Source: an uncultured virus (IMG/VR IMGVR_UViG_3300044843_001063) (Duplodnaviria > Heunggongvirae > Uroviricota > Caudoviricetes). From it: a stretch of DNA of 64,000 nucleotides. The notes beneath the pieces are model-generated. The model made no database searches, was not told where the DNA came from, and saw only the letters and a program-made list of their open reading frames with translations. The stretch is from IMG/VR virus record IMGVR_UViG_3300044843_001063; one strand, written 5' to 3'. A program made the translations under genes and the position numbers. This document shows positions 19,275 through 29,839 of this stretch, piece by piece. Position 1 is the first letter of the stretch; each line of letters opens with the position of its first letter.

Positions 19275-19757
19275 ATGGTATCTCAATTAGCGATGGCAGG
19301 AGGCTTATTTGCATTACTGTCATTTATTCATTTTGTAGTTGATTGGGTGTTTCAAACTCATCAAGAAGCGATGATTAAACATAATCATCCATGGGTAAGA
19401 GCCAAACATTGTTTTATTTATACTATTGGTTTTATGCCAATTCTATTTGCCTTGGATTTCCCGTTTTGGAAATGGCTGATTTCTGTTGGCGTCTTATTTA
19501 TTTCCCATTTTTATTTAGATACTTATCATTTAGTGTATCTGTGGGCTAAATATATAAGAAAACCACCAGAAATGGTTACTCCTGAAACTAAAACCCATGT
19601 AGACGGTTACATTGAGGTTTTACCTCCTAGCTCTAAACGTGGATTTATTAAGTTTGTTGACACTACATTAGGAAAAATTTTAATGATTTCTATTGACCAA
19701 ATAAGCCATTTAATGTTCTTATGGGTCATAGTTTTACTGGCGATAATCAAATTATGA
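19275..19757 (+). CDS. DUF3307-like membrane protein
   Basis: HFVVDWVFQT, SHFYLD, DQISH. Confidence 0.75.
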   Translation: MVSQLAMAGGLFALLSFIHFVVDWVFQTHQEAMIKHNHPWVRAKHCFIYTIGFMPILFALDFPFWKWLISVGVLFISHFYLDTYHLVYLWAKYIRKPPEMVTPETKTHVDGYIEVLPPSSKRGFIKFVDTTLGKILMISIDQISHLMFLWVIVLLAIIKL

Positions 19758-21865
19758 AATTAACAGCAACCAAACCTTATTTAGAGACTTCAGGTCAAGA
19801 AGAAGAGAGATTCTTTTCTATCCAAGACACGGGAATGTTATTTGACATCTTGAGAAATAAGATGTATTCTAATCCCATCTTAGCTATTGCTCGAGAAATC
19901 TCGTGTAATGCACGAGATGCTCATCGAGAAGTAGGGAAAGATGATGAGCCAATTCATATTCAGCTGCCTAATCGTCTACAACCAGAATATAGAATTAAAG
20001 ATTTTGGACCTGGTATTAGTCCAGATCGTATGTATAATATCTTTATTAAGTATACGGCGAGTACTAAAAGACACGACAATGTTCAAACGGGAGGTTTTGG
20101 ATTAGGTGCTAAAACTCCATTTTCTTATAGTGATTCTTTTTCTATTGTCACAGTTCATGATCACATTAAATACGTTTATAATTGTTTGATTGATGAAACG
20201 AAAGTAGGTAAAATTCTTTTAGTTCATCAAGAGGCCACTACGCAGCCTAGTGGTACGGAAATTATTATTCCGGTGTTAGCTAAACATTTCACTGAATTTA
20301 TGACTTGGACCGAGCAAGCCTGTCGGTATTGGAAGGTTCGCCCCATTATTTTTGGCAATAAATTAGAGTGGGAATCCGAAGAATATGTGTTACAACAGCC
20401 TCAGTGGGCGTTACTAGATAATAAAAGTGAGAGACATCATCTCAAAATTATTGTAGATGGCGTACCTTATTCGGTAGATAGCTCAGTGTTAAGCAAGTAT
20501 GGAAATATTGAGATAGTCGATGCTTGTTATCGGCAGTTTATTTTATATTTTGAAGTTGGAGAATTAAGTCTTTCTTCTAATCGAGAACAAATTTATTTAG
20601 ATGAGCCAACTCAAAAGAAAATTTTAGATAGACTCAAGCAAATTAAAAAAGAAATAAATAATATTCTTCAAGAAGAATTAAATAAATCTAATAATTTGTG
20701 GGAAGCTAATTCTTACTATCATCAAATTATTAGCAAAAAATTTAATCTTAAATTCTTTTCCAATTTTTCTTGGAAAGATGTTCCATTGCAACCATCTAAC
20801 TACGTAACCCTCCCATGTAATGTTTTCCATTTTGGAAAAGGCTCTTATTCTGGTAGGTACCGAGCGGCTGCCGATAAAATTTATCGACAAGTAAGAACAC
20901 ATGTTTCGTTTGAAAAACAATCAGCCTTATACATTAATGATGTGGAATTGAATGAAGTATCATCACGACATGTCAAAAAAGCATTTGAAAATGATCCTAG
21001 CTTAATGCATATTCAGGTTATTTCACCAGATTCTCCTGAAACTTTGCAGAAAATACAAGATAATTTCAATTTAGACCAAATGGAGCCACGATTACTCTCC
21101 AGTATTACTACAGCTACGGGAAAGAAAAAATCTACTACTACTCAGAAATTCATTATTTATAAATTTGACCCGCAAACAGAAAGCTTTCAAAAAGTACCTT
21201 TTGCTTCGGTTAAAAAAGATACTAATGAAAAAGTGCTCTGTAATATTTATAAACCGTCTCGCAGAAATGCCAAATATTCTTTAGATTCCAACTCTTATAG
21301 TTATTGGGTAGATCCTGAACTATTGAATGCGATTTATTACGATAAATCGGGTCGCGTTAGTAATATTTCTTTTTATGGAGTAGTTAGCCACACCCCACAA
21401 GCTAAAATTATAGAAAATTTATCACAGTTTATTCCATTAAACCAGTTTATTTCAGATCGGATAGCTAATCCCTCTATTTTTGAGATGAAAAGAATTAAAT
21501 TCTTCATGGAAAATGATTATTCTGATTGGCGATACCATTGCAATCGACAGATTTTATCTGATTTAATTTCAAATAAAGATAGTTTTGCTCTTACTTGGTG
21601 TAAATCTTTTATAGATTTTAAAGCAGCTTCTAAGTTGGAAAAAATAGCCGTGTCATTGTATGAAAAAATACATGGGCCAATTCCAAATTATGATGTACAG
21701 CAATTTGCTCAACAACACCCAGAATTAAATCTATCTTCTTTAGATGAGAAGTTTAAAGAAAAATATCCCTTATTAGCTCACTTACGTGATACTTCCAATT
21801 TAGAAGATCATATGGCAAATTATATCAATTTAATTGACAATCAACAAGGACAAAATTATGAATAA
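19754..21865 (+). CDS. rIIA: rIIA-like protein (N-terminal GHKL ATPase)
   Basis: MYSNPILAIAREISCNARDAH, DFGPGIS, STK, GGFGLGAKTPFSY; followed by rIIB. Confidence 0.85.
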   Translation: MKLTATKPYLETSGQEEERFFSIQDTGMLFDILRNKMYSNPILAIAREISCNARDAHREVGKDDEPIHIQLPNRLQPEYRIKDFGPGISPDRMYNIFIKYTASTKRHDNVQTGGFGLGAKTPFSYSDSFSIVTVHDHIKYVYNCLIDETKVGKILLVHQEATTQPSGTEIIIPVLAKHFTEFMTWTEQACRYWKVRPIIFGNKLEWESEEYVLQQPQWALLDNKSERHHLKIIVDGVPYSVDSSVLSKYGNIEIVDACYRQFILYFEVGELSLSSNREQIYLDEPTQKKILDRLKQIKKEINNILQEELNKSNNLWEANSYYHQIISKKFNLKFFSNFSWKDVPLQPSNYVTLPCNVFHFGKGSYSGRYRAAADKIYRQVRTHVSFEKQSALYINDVELNEVSSRHVKKAFENDPSLMHIQVISPDSPETLQKIQDNFNLDQMEPRLLSSITTATGKKKSTTTQKFIIYKFDPQTESFQKVPFASVKKDTNEKVLCNIYKPSRRNAKYSLDSNSYSYWVDPELLNAIYYDKSGRVSNISFYGVVSHTPQAKIIENLSQFIPLNQFISDRIANPSIFEMKRIKFFMENDYSDWRYHCNRQILSDLISNKDSFALTWCKSFIDFKAASKLEKIAVSLYEKIHGPIPNYDVQQFAQQHPELNLSSLDEKFKEKYPLLAHLRDTSNLEDHMANYINLIDNQQGQNYE

Positions 21866-22724
21866 AAAACTATCTTATGCTATTACTGACAAAAATATTA
21901 CCGTTAACTATGATGGTCAGACACATATTGTCTCTCGATCAGAAGATCCAACCTTAGCAGAACAGCTATTACAAGCTTTACGAGAAAATCGACAGGATGA
22001 GATTCCAGATCTAATCAGTGCCGCTACTCGCATTGAATCTTATGGGCAAGGAGACTTTAAAGTAGTAAATGGTGAAGTCCATATCAATGGTCAACCTGTT
22101 CATAGTTCGTTAGCTAAGAAAATTCTAGATTTTCATAGCGACAAACTACCTCATTTACCTTTAGTTAATTTTGCTAAAAATTTACAAAGAAATCCTTCTT
22201 TTCGTGCAGTTAATGAATTGTTTAATTTTCTAGATAAAAATGACCATCCCATTACTGAAGATGGCAAATTTATTGCTTATAAAAAGGTTCGACCCGATTT
22301 TAAAGATATCCACTCTGGAACCTTTGACAACTCTCCTGGGCAAGTTGTCTCCATGCCTCGTAACCAAGTAGATGAGGACCCTACTCGCACTTGTAGTGCT
22401 GGCTTGCATGTAGCTAACTGGACTTATGCTCATGATCATTTTGGGTCTCCTTCTGATGTCATGTTAGAAGTAGAAGTGGATCCGGCCGATGTCGTCTCCG
22501 TCCCGGTTGACTATGATAGCTCTAAAATGAGAGTCTGCCAGTATACAGTGTTAGGTGTGGTAGATCGCCAGCATTCATCCAACGATCGTCTTCGTTCTAA
22601 TAGTTCAACATTTTCTTCTAGTCATGAAGAAGATGACTTCAAAGATGAAGAAGATGATTTTGAAGATGAATATGGAGATTATGACGATGATGATTATAAC
22701 GACTTTTATTATACGCAAGGCTGA
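21858..22724 (+). CDS. rIIB: rIIB-like protein
   Basis: NPSFRAVNELFNFL, ITEDGKFIAYKKV, MPRNQVD..TCSAGLH, VDPADVVSVP; acidic tail. Confidence 0.88.
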   Translation: MNKKLSYAITDKNITVNYDGQTHIVSRSEDPTLAEQLLQALRENRQDEIPDLISAATRIESYGQGDFKVVNGEVHINGQPVHSSLAKKILDFHSDKLPHLPLVNFAKNLQRNPSFRAVNELFNFLDKNDHPITEDGKFIAYKKVRPDFKDIHSGTFDNSPGQVVSMPRNQVDEDPTRTCSAGLHVANWTYAHDHFGSPSDVMLEVEVDPADVVSVPVDYDSSKMRVCQYTVLGVVDRQHSSNDRLRSNSSTFSSSHEEDDFKDEEDDFEDEYGDYDDDDYNDFYYTQG

Positions 22725-22728
22725 TTAA

Positions 22729-23337
22729 TTATTGCCACTGTTTGTTCTTCACAATTCGGTGTATTTGCGTGCTCGATACACCGAATTGCCGGGATAACTG
22801 ACTTAAACTATAATTACCTGTAGCATATAATTGGCGTATTTGATCTATTTGTTGGTCAGTTAATTTTCGACGGCAACTTAATAATGCCGCCTTCACATGA
22901 GCTTTCATCTTATTGCCAAAATTGCCATTAGCAGCCCCATATAAGCGCTTTCCATACATTGGATTACCTGGACCTGCATGTAAGTGAGATAGTTTTAATT
23001 TTTGTGCAGTGGAACAGGGCCGGCCTATTTGGCCTTCTCCTCCGGCCGTTTGATTATACAATTGATAGCGATTCAAGATTAATTCGGCAATCCAGTTTAT
23101 TTCGGCTTGACAGGCATCTTCCCAAGAATTAAATTCTTCAACCACCTTAAAAGTAAAGTTATTAACTCCATATTTAGCAAGAGCTTGATGGATAGGATAT
23201 TTTTTATTTTTTAGAGATTGTGATTGATGACGCTTCCATCGTTTAGCCGGATGACGAGTAATGCCGACATACATTTTATGAGTAATGTGATTAAAGATTA
23301 AATATAGAAAGCAAGCGACAGGCAAAGATGGTGGCAT
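22729..23337 (-). CDS. GIY-YIG homing endonuclease (NUMOD3-like region + HTH)
   Basis: FLYLIFN..MYVGIT..RWKRH..YNQTAGGEG, NPMYGK; start ATG 23337. Confidence 0.85.
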   Translation of the reverse strand: MPPSLPVACFLYLIFNHITHKMYVGITRHPAKRWKRHQSQSLKNKKYPIHQALAKYGVNNFTFKVVEEFNSWEDACQAEINWIAELILNRYQLYNQTAGGEGQIGRPCSTAQKLKLSHLHAGPGNPMYGKRLYGAANGNFGNKMKAHVKAALLSCRRKLTDQQIDQIRQLYATGNYSLSQLSRQFGVSSTQIHRIVKNKQWQ

Positions 23338-23376
23338 GGCGCAGATATATATCGTCAAGAATAAAGGGACATAACA

Positions 23377-24519
23377 ATGAACAATAATATTGCAGTGTTG
23401 GGGGCTCAGAGCGGAGATGAAGGTAAGGGCCATATCGTGCACTACCTCGCCCCCAACTACTCCTGGATCATTCGCTACAACGGTGGAGCCAACGCTGGTC
23501 ATACCATCTACCGAGATGGTAAAAAATATGTACATAACTTATTGCCTTCTATTGATTTTCGAGCTGCTCGCTCTAAAGCTTATTTAGGGTCGGGTATGGT
23601 AATTGATTTAGAGAAGCTACTAGAAGAAGTAGTTATTGCTGAGCAAGATTTTCCGGGTGCTGCTAGTAAAATTTATGTAGATAAGAACGCTTTTATTGTT
23701 ACTAATCAGCACAAATTAGAGGATAAAGCCAATAATGCTCATATTGGATCTACTAATCGTGGAATTGGTCCGGCATATACTGATAAAATTGGTAGAAAAG
23801 GTACTAGAATAACTGATTTGCTCTCTGTCAAAGAGAATGAATACTCCGCTTTATTAGATAAGCTCAAATCGTTAGGAGTAAAATTTACTTCTTTGTTAGA
23901 AGTAAAATCAGAAATGTTAGATGTCTCGCTTCTATTTGAAGGCGCCCAGGGTGTGTTATTAGATATTAACCAAGGAATTTATCCTTATGTTAGCTCTAGT
24001 GATTGTACTCTGGGGGGCATTTATGCAAATGGTTTTGCATTTGCTGCGCCTAAAACTATTTATGGGGTAGCTAAATGCTATGCCACCAAAGTGGGTGAAG
24101 GGCCCTTTCCTTCCGAAATTTTTGGCCAAGAAGCCGCCAGACTGCGGGAATTAGGCAAAGAATATGGAGCGACGACCGGCAGACCTCGTAGAATTGGCTG
24201 GTTAGATATTCCTGCGTTACAATATGCATGTCAAGTGAGCGGAATTACTCATCTAGTCTTAACTAAATTAGATATTTTAGCCGGAATGGAGCAAGTACCA
24301 GTTGCTATTAAATATCAAACTCCTGTCACGGAAGCCAAAGATTTCTTTTCTGCTTCTCCTATTTACCAGAATTTTCCTGGATGGAATCATTGTAAATTTG
24401 CCAATGATTTTTCTGAAGAGAATTTAAATAAATTTATCAACATGATTAGTACGGCGACAGGGTGTCAGATCTCTTTAGTGTCTTGTGGAACATCTCCTAA
24501 TGATATTTATTGGTTATGA
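23377..24519 (+). CDS. purA: adenylosuccinate synthetase
   Basis: GAQSGDEGKG, GGANAGHT, GIGPAY, EGAQG, EYGATTGRPRRIGWLD, TKLD. Confidence 0.93.
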   Translation: MNNNIAVLGAQSGDEGKGHIVHYLAPNYSWIIRYNGGANAGHTIYRDGKKYVHNLLPSIDFRAARSKAYLGSGMVIDLEKLLEEVVIAEQDFPGAASKIYVDKNAFIVTNQHKLEDKANNAHIGSTNRGIGPAYTDKIGRKGTRITDLLSVKENEYSALLDKLKSLGVKFTSLLEVKSEMLDVSLLFEGAQGVLLDINQGIYPYVSSSDCTLGGIYANGFAFAAPKTIYGVAKCYATKVGEGPFPSEIFGQEAARLRELGKEYGATTGRPRRIGWLDIPALQYACQVSGITHLVLTKLDILAGMEQVPVAIKYQTPVTEAKDFFSASPIYQNFPGWNHCKFANDFSEENLNKFINMISTATGCQISLVSCGTSPNDIYWL

Positions 24520-24520
24520 T

Positions 24521-24715
24521 ATGTTATGGAGCGAATTAAATTATACCGATCAATTAAAAATAATTAATAGAATTCTTGATCTCTGTGATCAAGAAAATAA
24601 TTTAGCCAATAAAATTGGATTATTGGCTGCCGTCAATGAATTAGAAATATGGAGCAATTCTCCATGTTATTCATTTGATGAAATGTGTGTAGTATCGGCC
24701 ACCGATCCAGAATAG
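24521..24715 (+). CDS. hypothetical protein
   Basis: Likely start MLWSELN. Confidence 0.5.
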   Translation: MLWSELNYTDQLKIINRILDLCDQENNLANKIGLLAAVNELEIWSNSPCYSFDEMCVVSATDPE

Positions 24716-24722
24716 GAAAGTT

Positions 24723-25832
24723 ATGAGTCATTCAGTTATTGACACTATAGTTAAGCAAAGTCCTCATTTAAATTGGATAGATAATGGAACTTGTTTATTA
24801 GTTCGACATGGCTCTCATGCGTATGGAACTAATACTGAATCTTCGGATGAAGATTTCAAAGGGATTACTATTCCTCCTTCGAGATATTTTCTAGGATACT
24901 TACAACGTTTTGAGCAGGCAGAATTAAAAGATCCAGATGCGGTTATTTATGATATTAGGAAGTTTTTCCACTTAGCAGCGGATTGTAATCCCAATATTAT
25001 TGAAGTTTTACATACGGATCCGGCCGACCATTGTATTGTCTCTCCGATTGGAGAGATAATTTTGGATCATAAAAATGATTTTTTATCTAAAAAGGCTAAA
25101 CATACATTTAGTGGTTATGCTATTAGTCAATTACACCGAATCCAATCTCATAAAAGATGGATTATGAATCCGCCTCAGGCACCTCCAACCAGAAAAGAGT
25201 TAGGTTTACCGGAGCAAACTTTGATTCCGGCGGATCAATTAGCGGCGGCCGAAGCGGCAGTAAAAAAAGAATTAGATGCTATGTCTTTTGATTTTATGGA
25301 TTCCTTGCAAGATTCTACTAAAATTGAAATTAAAAATGCTATGGCTAAATATTTATCGGAGCTGAAAATAACGGCTGATGAGCAATTTGCAGCTATGGCT
25401 CGAAAAATAGGATTTAATGATAATTTTATTGAAGTTATGGTGCAAGAGAGAAAATATTCTCAATTAAAGAGAGAGTTTGATCAATATCAAAGTTGGAAGC
25501 AAAATCGTAATCGTAAACGATTCGAATTAGAAGAAAAATTTGGTTATGATTGCAAACATGCGTATCATTTGGTAAGATTGCTGCGTATGTGTAAAGAAAT
25601 GCTCTTAACAGGAAAAGTAATTGTTAAGCGACCAGATCGAGAAGAGCTATTAGCCATTCGCAATGGAGCATGGACTTATGATCAATTAATTGAGTATGCT
25701 AAAACAGAAGAAAAATCACTAGATGAGTTGTATTTACCTACGCAGGTTTTGCCTAAAACTCCTAATCAAATAAAATTAGACGAATTATGTGTCGATTTAG
25801 TTGAAAAACATTTCTTTTATGCAAGAAATTAA
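24723..25832 (+). CDS. Pol-beta superfamily nucleotidyltransferase (RlaP/YcgL-like)
   Basis: GSHAYGTNTESSDEDFKG, NPNIIEVL, GYA, YDCKHAYHLVRL. Confidence 0.85.
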   Translation: MSHSVIDTIVKQSPHLNWIDNGTCLLVRHGSHAYGTNTESSDEDFKGITIPPSRYFLGYLQRFEQAELKDPDAVIYDIRKFFHLAADCNPNIIEVLHTDPADHCIVSPIGEIILDHKNDFLSKKAKHTFSGYAISQLHRIQSHKRWIMNPPQAPPTRKELGLPEQTLIPADQLAAAEAAVKKELDAMSFDFMDSLQDSTKIEIKNAMAKYLSELKITADEQFAAMARKIGFNDNFIEVMVQERKYSQLKREFDQYQSWKQNRNRKRFELEEKFGYDCKHAYHLVRLLRMCKEMLLTGKVIVKRPDREELLAIRNGAWTYDQLIEYAKTEEKSLDELYLPTQVLPKTPNQIKLDELCVDLVEKHFFYARN

Positions 25833-26205
25833 GATAGATGAATTTGGTAATAAAGAATATTATTTGAATGGCCAACTGCATAGAGAAGATGGGCCAGCGA
25901 TAGAATTTGTTAATGGAGATAAAGAGTGGTATCTTCACGGTCTTCTCCATCGAGAAGATGGACCAGCAATAGAATATCCTAATGGATATAAAGCATGGTA
26001 TCGTCATGATCAACGGCATCGAGAAGGTGGTTGCGCAGTAGAATATGCTAATGGAGATAAAGAGTGGTGGCTTTATAATCAACTACATCGAGAAGATGGA
26101 CCTGCCGTAGAATGGGCTAACGGCTATAAAGTGTGGTGTCTTCAAGACAAAGAATATACCGAAGAAGAGTATTGGCGAGTAGTTAAGCTAAAAGCTTTAT
26201 GGTAA
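25819..26205 (+). CDS. HREDGPA-repeat protein
   Basis: MQEIK start, 4 repeats, KLKALW. Confidence 0.85.
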   Translation: MQEIKIDEFGNKEYYLNGQLHREDGPAIEFVNGDKEWYLHGLLHREDGPAIEYPNGYKAWYRHDQRHREGGCAVEYANGDKEWWLYNQLHREDGPAVEWANGYKVWCLQDKEYTEEEYWRVVKLKALW

Positions 26206-26209
26206 AGTT

Positions 26210-26665
26210 ATGCAGGAAATTATCATAGATAAATATGACAATAAAGAATATTTTTGGAATGGTCGTTTACATCGAGAAAGCGGACCTGCCGTAGAGCGGT
26301 TTGATGGAACTAAATATTGGTACTTTCATGGTCAACGACATCGAGAAGATGGCCCGGCAGTAGAAGATGCTAGTGGCACTAATGCATGGTGGATTTATGG
26401 TCAACTCCATCGAGAAGATGGACCAGCTATAGAATATGATAGCGGATCTAAAGAATGGTGGCTTCATGGTCAACAACATCGAGTTGATGGTCCGGCCATA
26501 GAATTTGCTGATGGAACTAAATATTGGTATTGTCATCAACAATTACATCGAGCGGATGGTCCAGCCATAGAATGGTCTAATGGACATAAAGAGTGGTATC
26601 TTCAAGGCAAACAATATACAGAAGAAGAATATTATCGAATGCTTAAATTACAGGCTTTATGGTGA
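26210..26665 (+). CDS. HREDGPA-repeat protein
   Basis: 5 repeats, KLQALW. Confidence 0.85.
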   Translation: MQEIIIDKYDNKEYFWNGRLHRESGPAVERFDGTKYWYFHGQRHREDGPAVEDASGTNAWWIYGQLHREDGPAIEYDSGSKEWWLHGQQHRVDGPAIEFADGTKYWYCHQQLHRADGPAIEWSNGHKEWYLQGKQYTEEEYYRMLKLQALW

Positions 26666-27339
26666 ATAAATCTATTCAAATCAAGACCACTAAAAATGGA
26701 GATGTAAAATATTATTTTCATAGCCAGCTCCATCGGGAAGATGGTCCGGCAGTTGAGTGGTCTAATGGTGATAAATCCTGGTACCGTTATGGCAAAAAAC
26801 ACCGACTAGATGGGCCTGCTGTCCAGACTATTTATGGAGATAATGAGTGGTGGTTTCGCGGCATACTTCATCGTGTTGATGGGCCCGCTATAAAGTACAG
26901 TAATGGATTTAAAGAGTGGTACCTTCATGGTCAGCGACATCGAGAAGATGGTCCCGCGGTAGAATATGTTGATGGAAGTAAATCATGGTGGATTCATGGC
27001 CTTCGACACCGAGAAGATGGTCCGGCAATAGAGTATACTAATGGCAGTCAATTATGGTATTATAATAATAATTTACATCGAGAAGATGGTCCAGCCCTAA
27101 AAAATACTAATGGAGATAAAAAGTGGTATCTTCATGGAAGTTTGCATCGAGAAAACGGTCCCGCCATAGAATGGTTTGATGGAGCTAAAGAATGGTGGAT
27201 TAACGATCAGAGACATAGAGAAGATGGTCCGGCCATTGAATCATTAAATTTTAATAAATGGTATCTTTATAATCAAAAAATAAACGTCTCTTCTCAACAA
27301 GAATTTGACAGGTTTTTTAAATTAAAAGCTTTATGGTAA
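26659..27339 (+). CDS. HREDGPA-repeat protein
   Basis: 8 repeats, KLKALW. Confidence 0.85.
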   Translation: MVNKSIQIKTTKNGDVKYYFHSQLHREDGPAVEWSNGDKSWYRYGKKHRLDGPAVQTIYGDNEWWFRGILHRVDGPAIKYSNGFKEWYLHGQRHREDGPAVEYVDGSKSWWIHGLRHREDGPAIEYTNGSQLWYYNNNLHREDGPALKNTNGDKKWYLHGSLHRENGPAIEWFDGAKEWWINDQRHREDGPAIESLNFNKWYLYNQKINVSSQQEFDRFFKLKALW

Positions 27340-27343
27340 AGAT

Positions 27344-27727
27344 ATGCAAGAAATTAAGATAGATGAATATGGCACTAAAAGATATTATTGGAATGGTCAA
27401 CTACATCGAGAAGATGGCCCAGCAGTAGAATTTATTAATGGCGATGAAGAGTGGTACCTTCATGGTCAGCGACATCGAGAAGATGGTCCGGCCTTAGAAT
27501 ATATTGATGGAAGTAAATCATGGTGGTTTCATGGCCAACGACATCGAGAAGGTGGTCCGGCCATAGAATATCGTAATGGAGAGAAATCGTGGTTTTTTCA
27601 TGGCCACAGACATCGAGAAGATGGCCCGGCCGTAGAATGGACCTATATTAATCACTATTATTTGCAAAGTAAAAAATATGCAGAAGAAGAGTATTGGCGC
27701 TTAGTTAAATTAAAAGCTTTATGGTAA
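27344..27727 (+). CDS. HREDGPA-repeat protein
   Basis: 4 repeats, KLKALW. Confidence 0.85.
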   Translation: MQEIKIDEYGTKRYYWNGQLHREDGPAVEFINGDEEWYLHGQRHREDGPALEYIDGSKSWWFHGQRHREGGPAIEYRNGEKSWFFHGHRHREDGPAVEWTYINHYYLQSKKYAEEEYWRLVKLKALW

Positions 27728-27731
27728 AGTA

Positions 27732-28118
27732 ATGCAAGAAATTAAGACAGATCAGCATAGAACTAAATACTACTATTGGAATAGTCTATTACACCGAGAA
27801 GATGGTCCAGCTATAGAAAGAGTAAATGGTAATAACGAATGGTATCTTCATGGATACCGGCATCGAAAAGACGGTCCAGCCTTTATTTCTGGAAAAATAC
27901 AAAAATATTGGCTCAATGGCAAATTACATCGAGAAGATGGCCCCGCAGTTATTTATTATGAAGAATTTACGGAGTGGTATTATCAAGGGCTTAAGCATCG
28001 TATTAATGGTCCGGCGGTAGAATATAGTGATGGATTTAAGAGATTTTATTTGAATGGTAAAATAATAGAATCGGAAGAAGAATATTGGCGGTTAGTTAAG
28101 TTAAAAGCTTTCTGGTAA
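27732..28118 (+). CDS. HREDGPA-repeat protein
   Basis: 4 repeats, KLKAFW. Confidence 0.85.
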   Translation: MQEIKTDQHRTKYYYWNSLLHREDGPAIERVNGNNEWYLHGYRHRKDGPAFISGKIQKYWLNGKLHREDGPAVIYYEEFTEWYYQGLKHRINGPAVEYSDGFKRFYLNGKIIESEEEYWRLVKLKAFW

Positions 28119-28122
28119 AGTA

Positions 28123-28440
28123 ATGCAAGAAATTAAAAAAAATCAAATGGGCGCCACAGTATCTTACTATAATAATCTTCTCCATCGAGAAGATGGTCCA
28201 GCAGTAGAATATCCTTCTGGCCATAAAGAATGGTGGAATCATGATCGATTGCATCGGGAAGATGGACCTGCCATAGAATTTGCTCATGGAACTAAAGTGT
28301 GGTATTTTCATGGAAAATTACATCGAGAAGATGGTCCGGCTTTAGAAAGTGAAAATGGTACTAAAAAATGGTATCTTTATAATAAAGAATATACAGAAGA
28401 AGAATATTGGAGAGTAGTTAAATTGAAAGCTTTGTGGTAA
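28123..28440 (+). CDS. HREDGPA-repeat protein
   Basis: 3 repeats, KLKALW. Confidence 0.85.
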   Translation: MQEIKKNQMGATVSYYNNLLHREDGPAVEYPSGHKEWWNHDRLHREDGPAIEFAHGTKVWYFHGKLHREDGPALESENGTKKWYLYNKEYTEEEYWRVVKLKALW

Positions 28441-28443
28441 AGT

Positions 28444-28584
28444 ATGCAAAAGATCATACTGATTACATCGAGAAGATGGCCCGGCTTTATCAAGAAATGA
28501 TGGCCACAAAGAATGGTACTTTCAAGGTAAAAAATATTCAAAACAAGAATATCAGAGAGCAATCAAACTTCAAATTTTGTTATA
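28444..28584 (+). pseudogene. collapsed, frameshifted HREDGPA gene
   Basis: ATGCAAAAG start, then out-of-frame LHREDGPA..KEWYFQGKKYSKQEYQRAIKLQILL. Confidence 0.65.
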
Positions 28585-28588
28585 AACA

Positions 28589-29104
28589 CTAATAATATTT
28601 ATGTTTAGACTTGACTTTAGCTTTATCGGTATTTTCTACATATTGTTTATTTTTTCCTTCTTGTTTTTTCTTTTTATCTGTCGCCTCTCTTTCTGCAGGC
28701 GTTAAAGATTCCCATTTTTCTTCTGGTAAATATCTTCCAACATAATTAGTATCATCTACTTTAGCCTTATCTTTCTTTTTAAAATCAGATAAATACATCC
28801 ACTTTTGTTTGGTCCATTTTTTCATTTTATTATTTTTAGCTGTTGGTTTTTTACCTTTAAATCCGCCACCTCGTTGTTTGTATAATTTAAGAGCCAGTTG
28901 CATAGCTCTAGCGGAATGCTTACCTCCCATACGAGACTTAGCTTCACTTTTACACCGACTCCACAGTTCTGGATTTGTTTTTACTGCTATACCAGCAGGT
29001 TTTTTAGCTTTAGAGGCTTCTTTAACTAAAGTTAAGTATTTTTCTTCTAAATATTCTGCAACAACATATAAATAGTTAAGCGGATCAATTAAATCATTTA
29101 TCAT
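28589..29104 (-). CDS. basic phage protein, DUF5872-like
   Basis: NPELW..K..GGKHSARAMQLA..YKQRGGGF..KWTKQKW..RYLP..W..LT. Confidence 0.65.
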   Translation of the reverse strand: MINDLIDPLNYLYVVAEYLEEKYLTLVKEASKAKKPAGIAVKTNPELWSRCKSEAKSRMGGKHSARAMQLALKLYKQRGGGFKGKKPTAKNNKMKKWTKQKWMYLSDFKKKDKAKVDDTNYVGRYLPEEKWESLTPAEREATDKKKKQEGKNKQYVENTDKAKVKSKHKYY

Positions 29105-29127
29105 ATCTATAATAGCAAAATATTATT

Positions 29128-29373
29128 ATGCATTACGTTTTGAATGTGCCAGGATTGATACAGCATATGTTTGATGGAAAAATCCATCGAGAAGATGGCC
29201 CGGCTCTTATCCTAGATATGGGTATTGATATTTGGTATCAAAATGGAAAAATACATCGAGAAAATGGTCCTGCGATAGAATTTAAGAATGGAGATAAAAA
29301 GTGGTTTCTCCAAGATCGAGAATATACAGAAAAAGATTATTGGCGAATGGTTAAATTAAAAGCCTTATGGTGA
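29128..29373 (+). CDS. HREDGPA-repeat protein
   Basis: 2 repeats, KLKALW. Confidence 0.8.
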   Translation: MHYVLNVPGLIQHMFDGKIHREDGPALILDMGIDIWYQNGKIHRENGPAIEFKNGDKKWFLQDREYTEKDYWRMVKLKALW

Positions 29374-29377
29374 AATT

Positions 29378-29836
29378 ATGGATAAAATAGAAATTGAGAA
29401 GGGTAAATATGGAGATTACCATTATTGTAATGGAAAACTACATCGACACGATGGCCCGGCGATAGATTCTATTCTTGGAGTTAAAGAATGGTATCTTCAT
29501 GGCAAACTTCATCGGGAAGATGGTCCTGCCTTCATAAATTTGGCTGGAGATAAATATTGGTTTCGTCATGGAAAATGTCATCGGGAAGATGGCCCCGCCA
29601 AAGAATATACTAATGGTAATAAATTCTGGCTTATTAATGATCAACTTCATCGAGAAGATGGTCCGGCTGCAGAATATGCTGATGGTTCTAAAGAATGGTT
29701 TATTCATGGGCAACGTCATCGAGAAGATGGTCCTGCCGTAGAAGAAGTTGATGGAAGAAAATATTGGTACCTTCAAGGCAAAAAATATACCGAAGAAGAA
29801 TATTTAAGAATAGTTAAATTAAAAGCTTTATGGTAA
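29378..29836 (+). CDS. HREDGPA-repeat protein
   Basis: 5 repeats, KLKALW. Confidence 0.85.
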   Translation: MDKIEIEKGKYGDYHYCNGKLHRHDGPAIDSILGVKEWYLHGKLHREDGPAFINLAGDKYWFRHGKCHREDGPAKEYTNGNKFWLINDQLHREDGPAAEYADGSKEWFIHGQRHREDGPAVEEVDGRKYWYLQGKKYTEEEYLRIVKLKALW

Positions 29837-29839
29837 AGT

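Noticed and set aside
22620..22700. GAAGATGA-type tandem repeat
   Set aside because: Simply encodes the acidic tail of rIIB
23377..24519. PurZ (2-aminoadenine DNA pathway)
   Set aside because: The catalytic Asp is retained (GDEGKG), whereas PurZ has Ser at this position; no datZ/mazZ neighbours are recognisable
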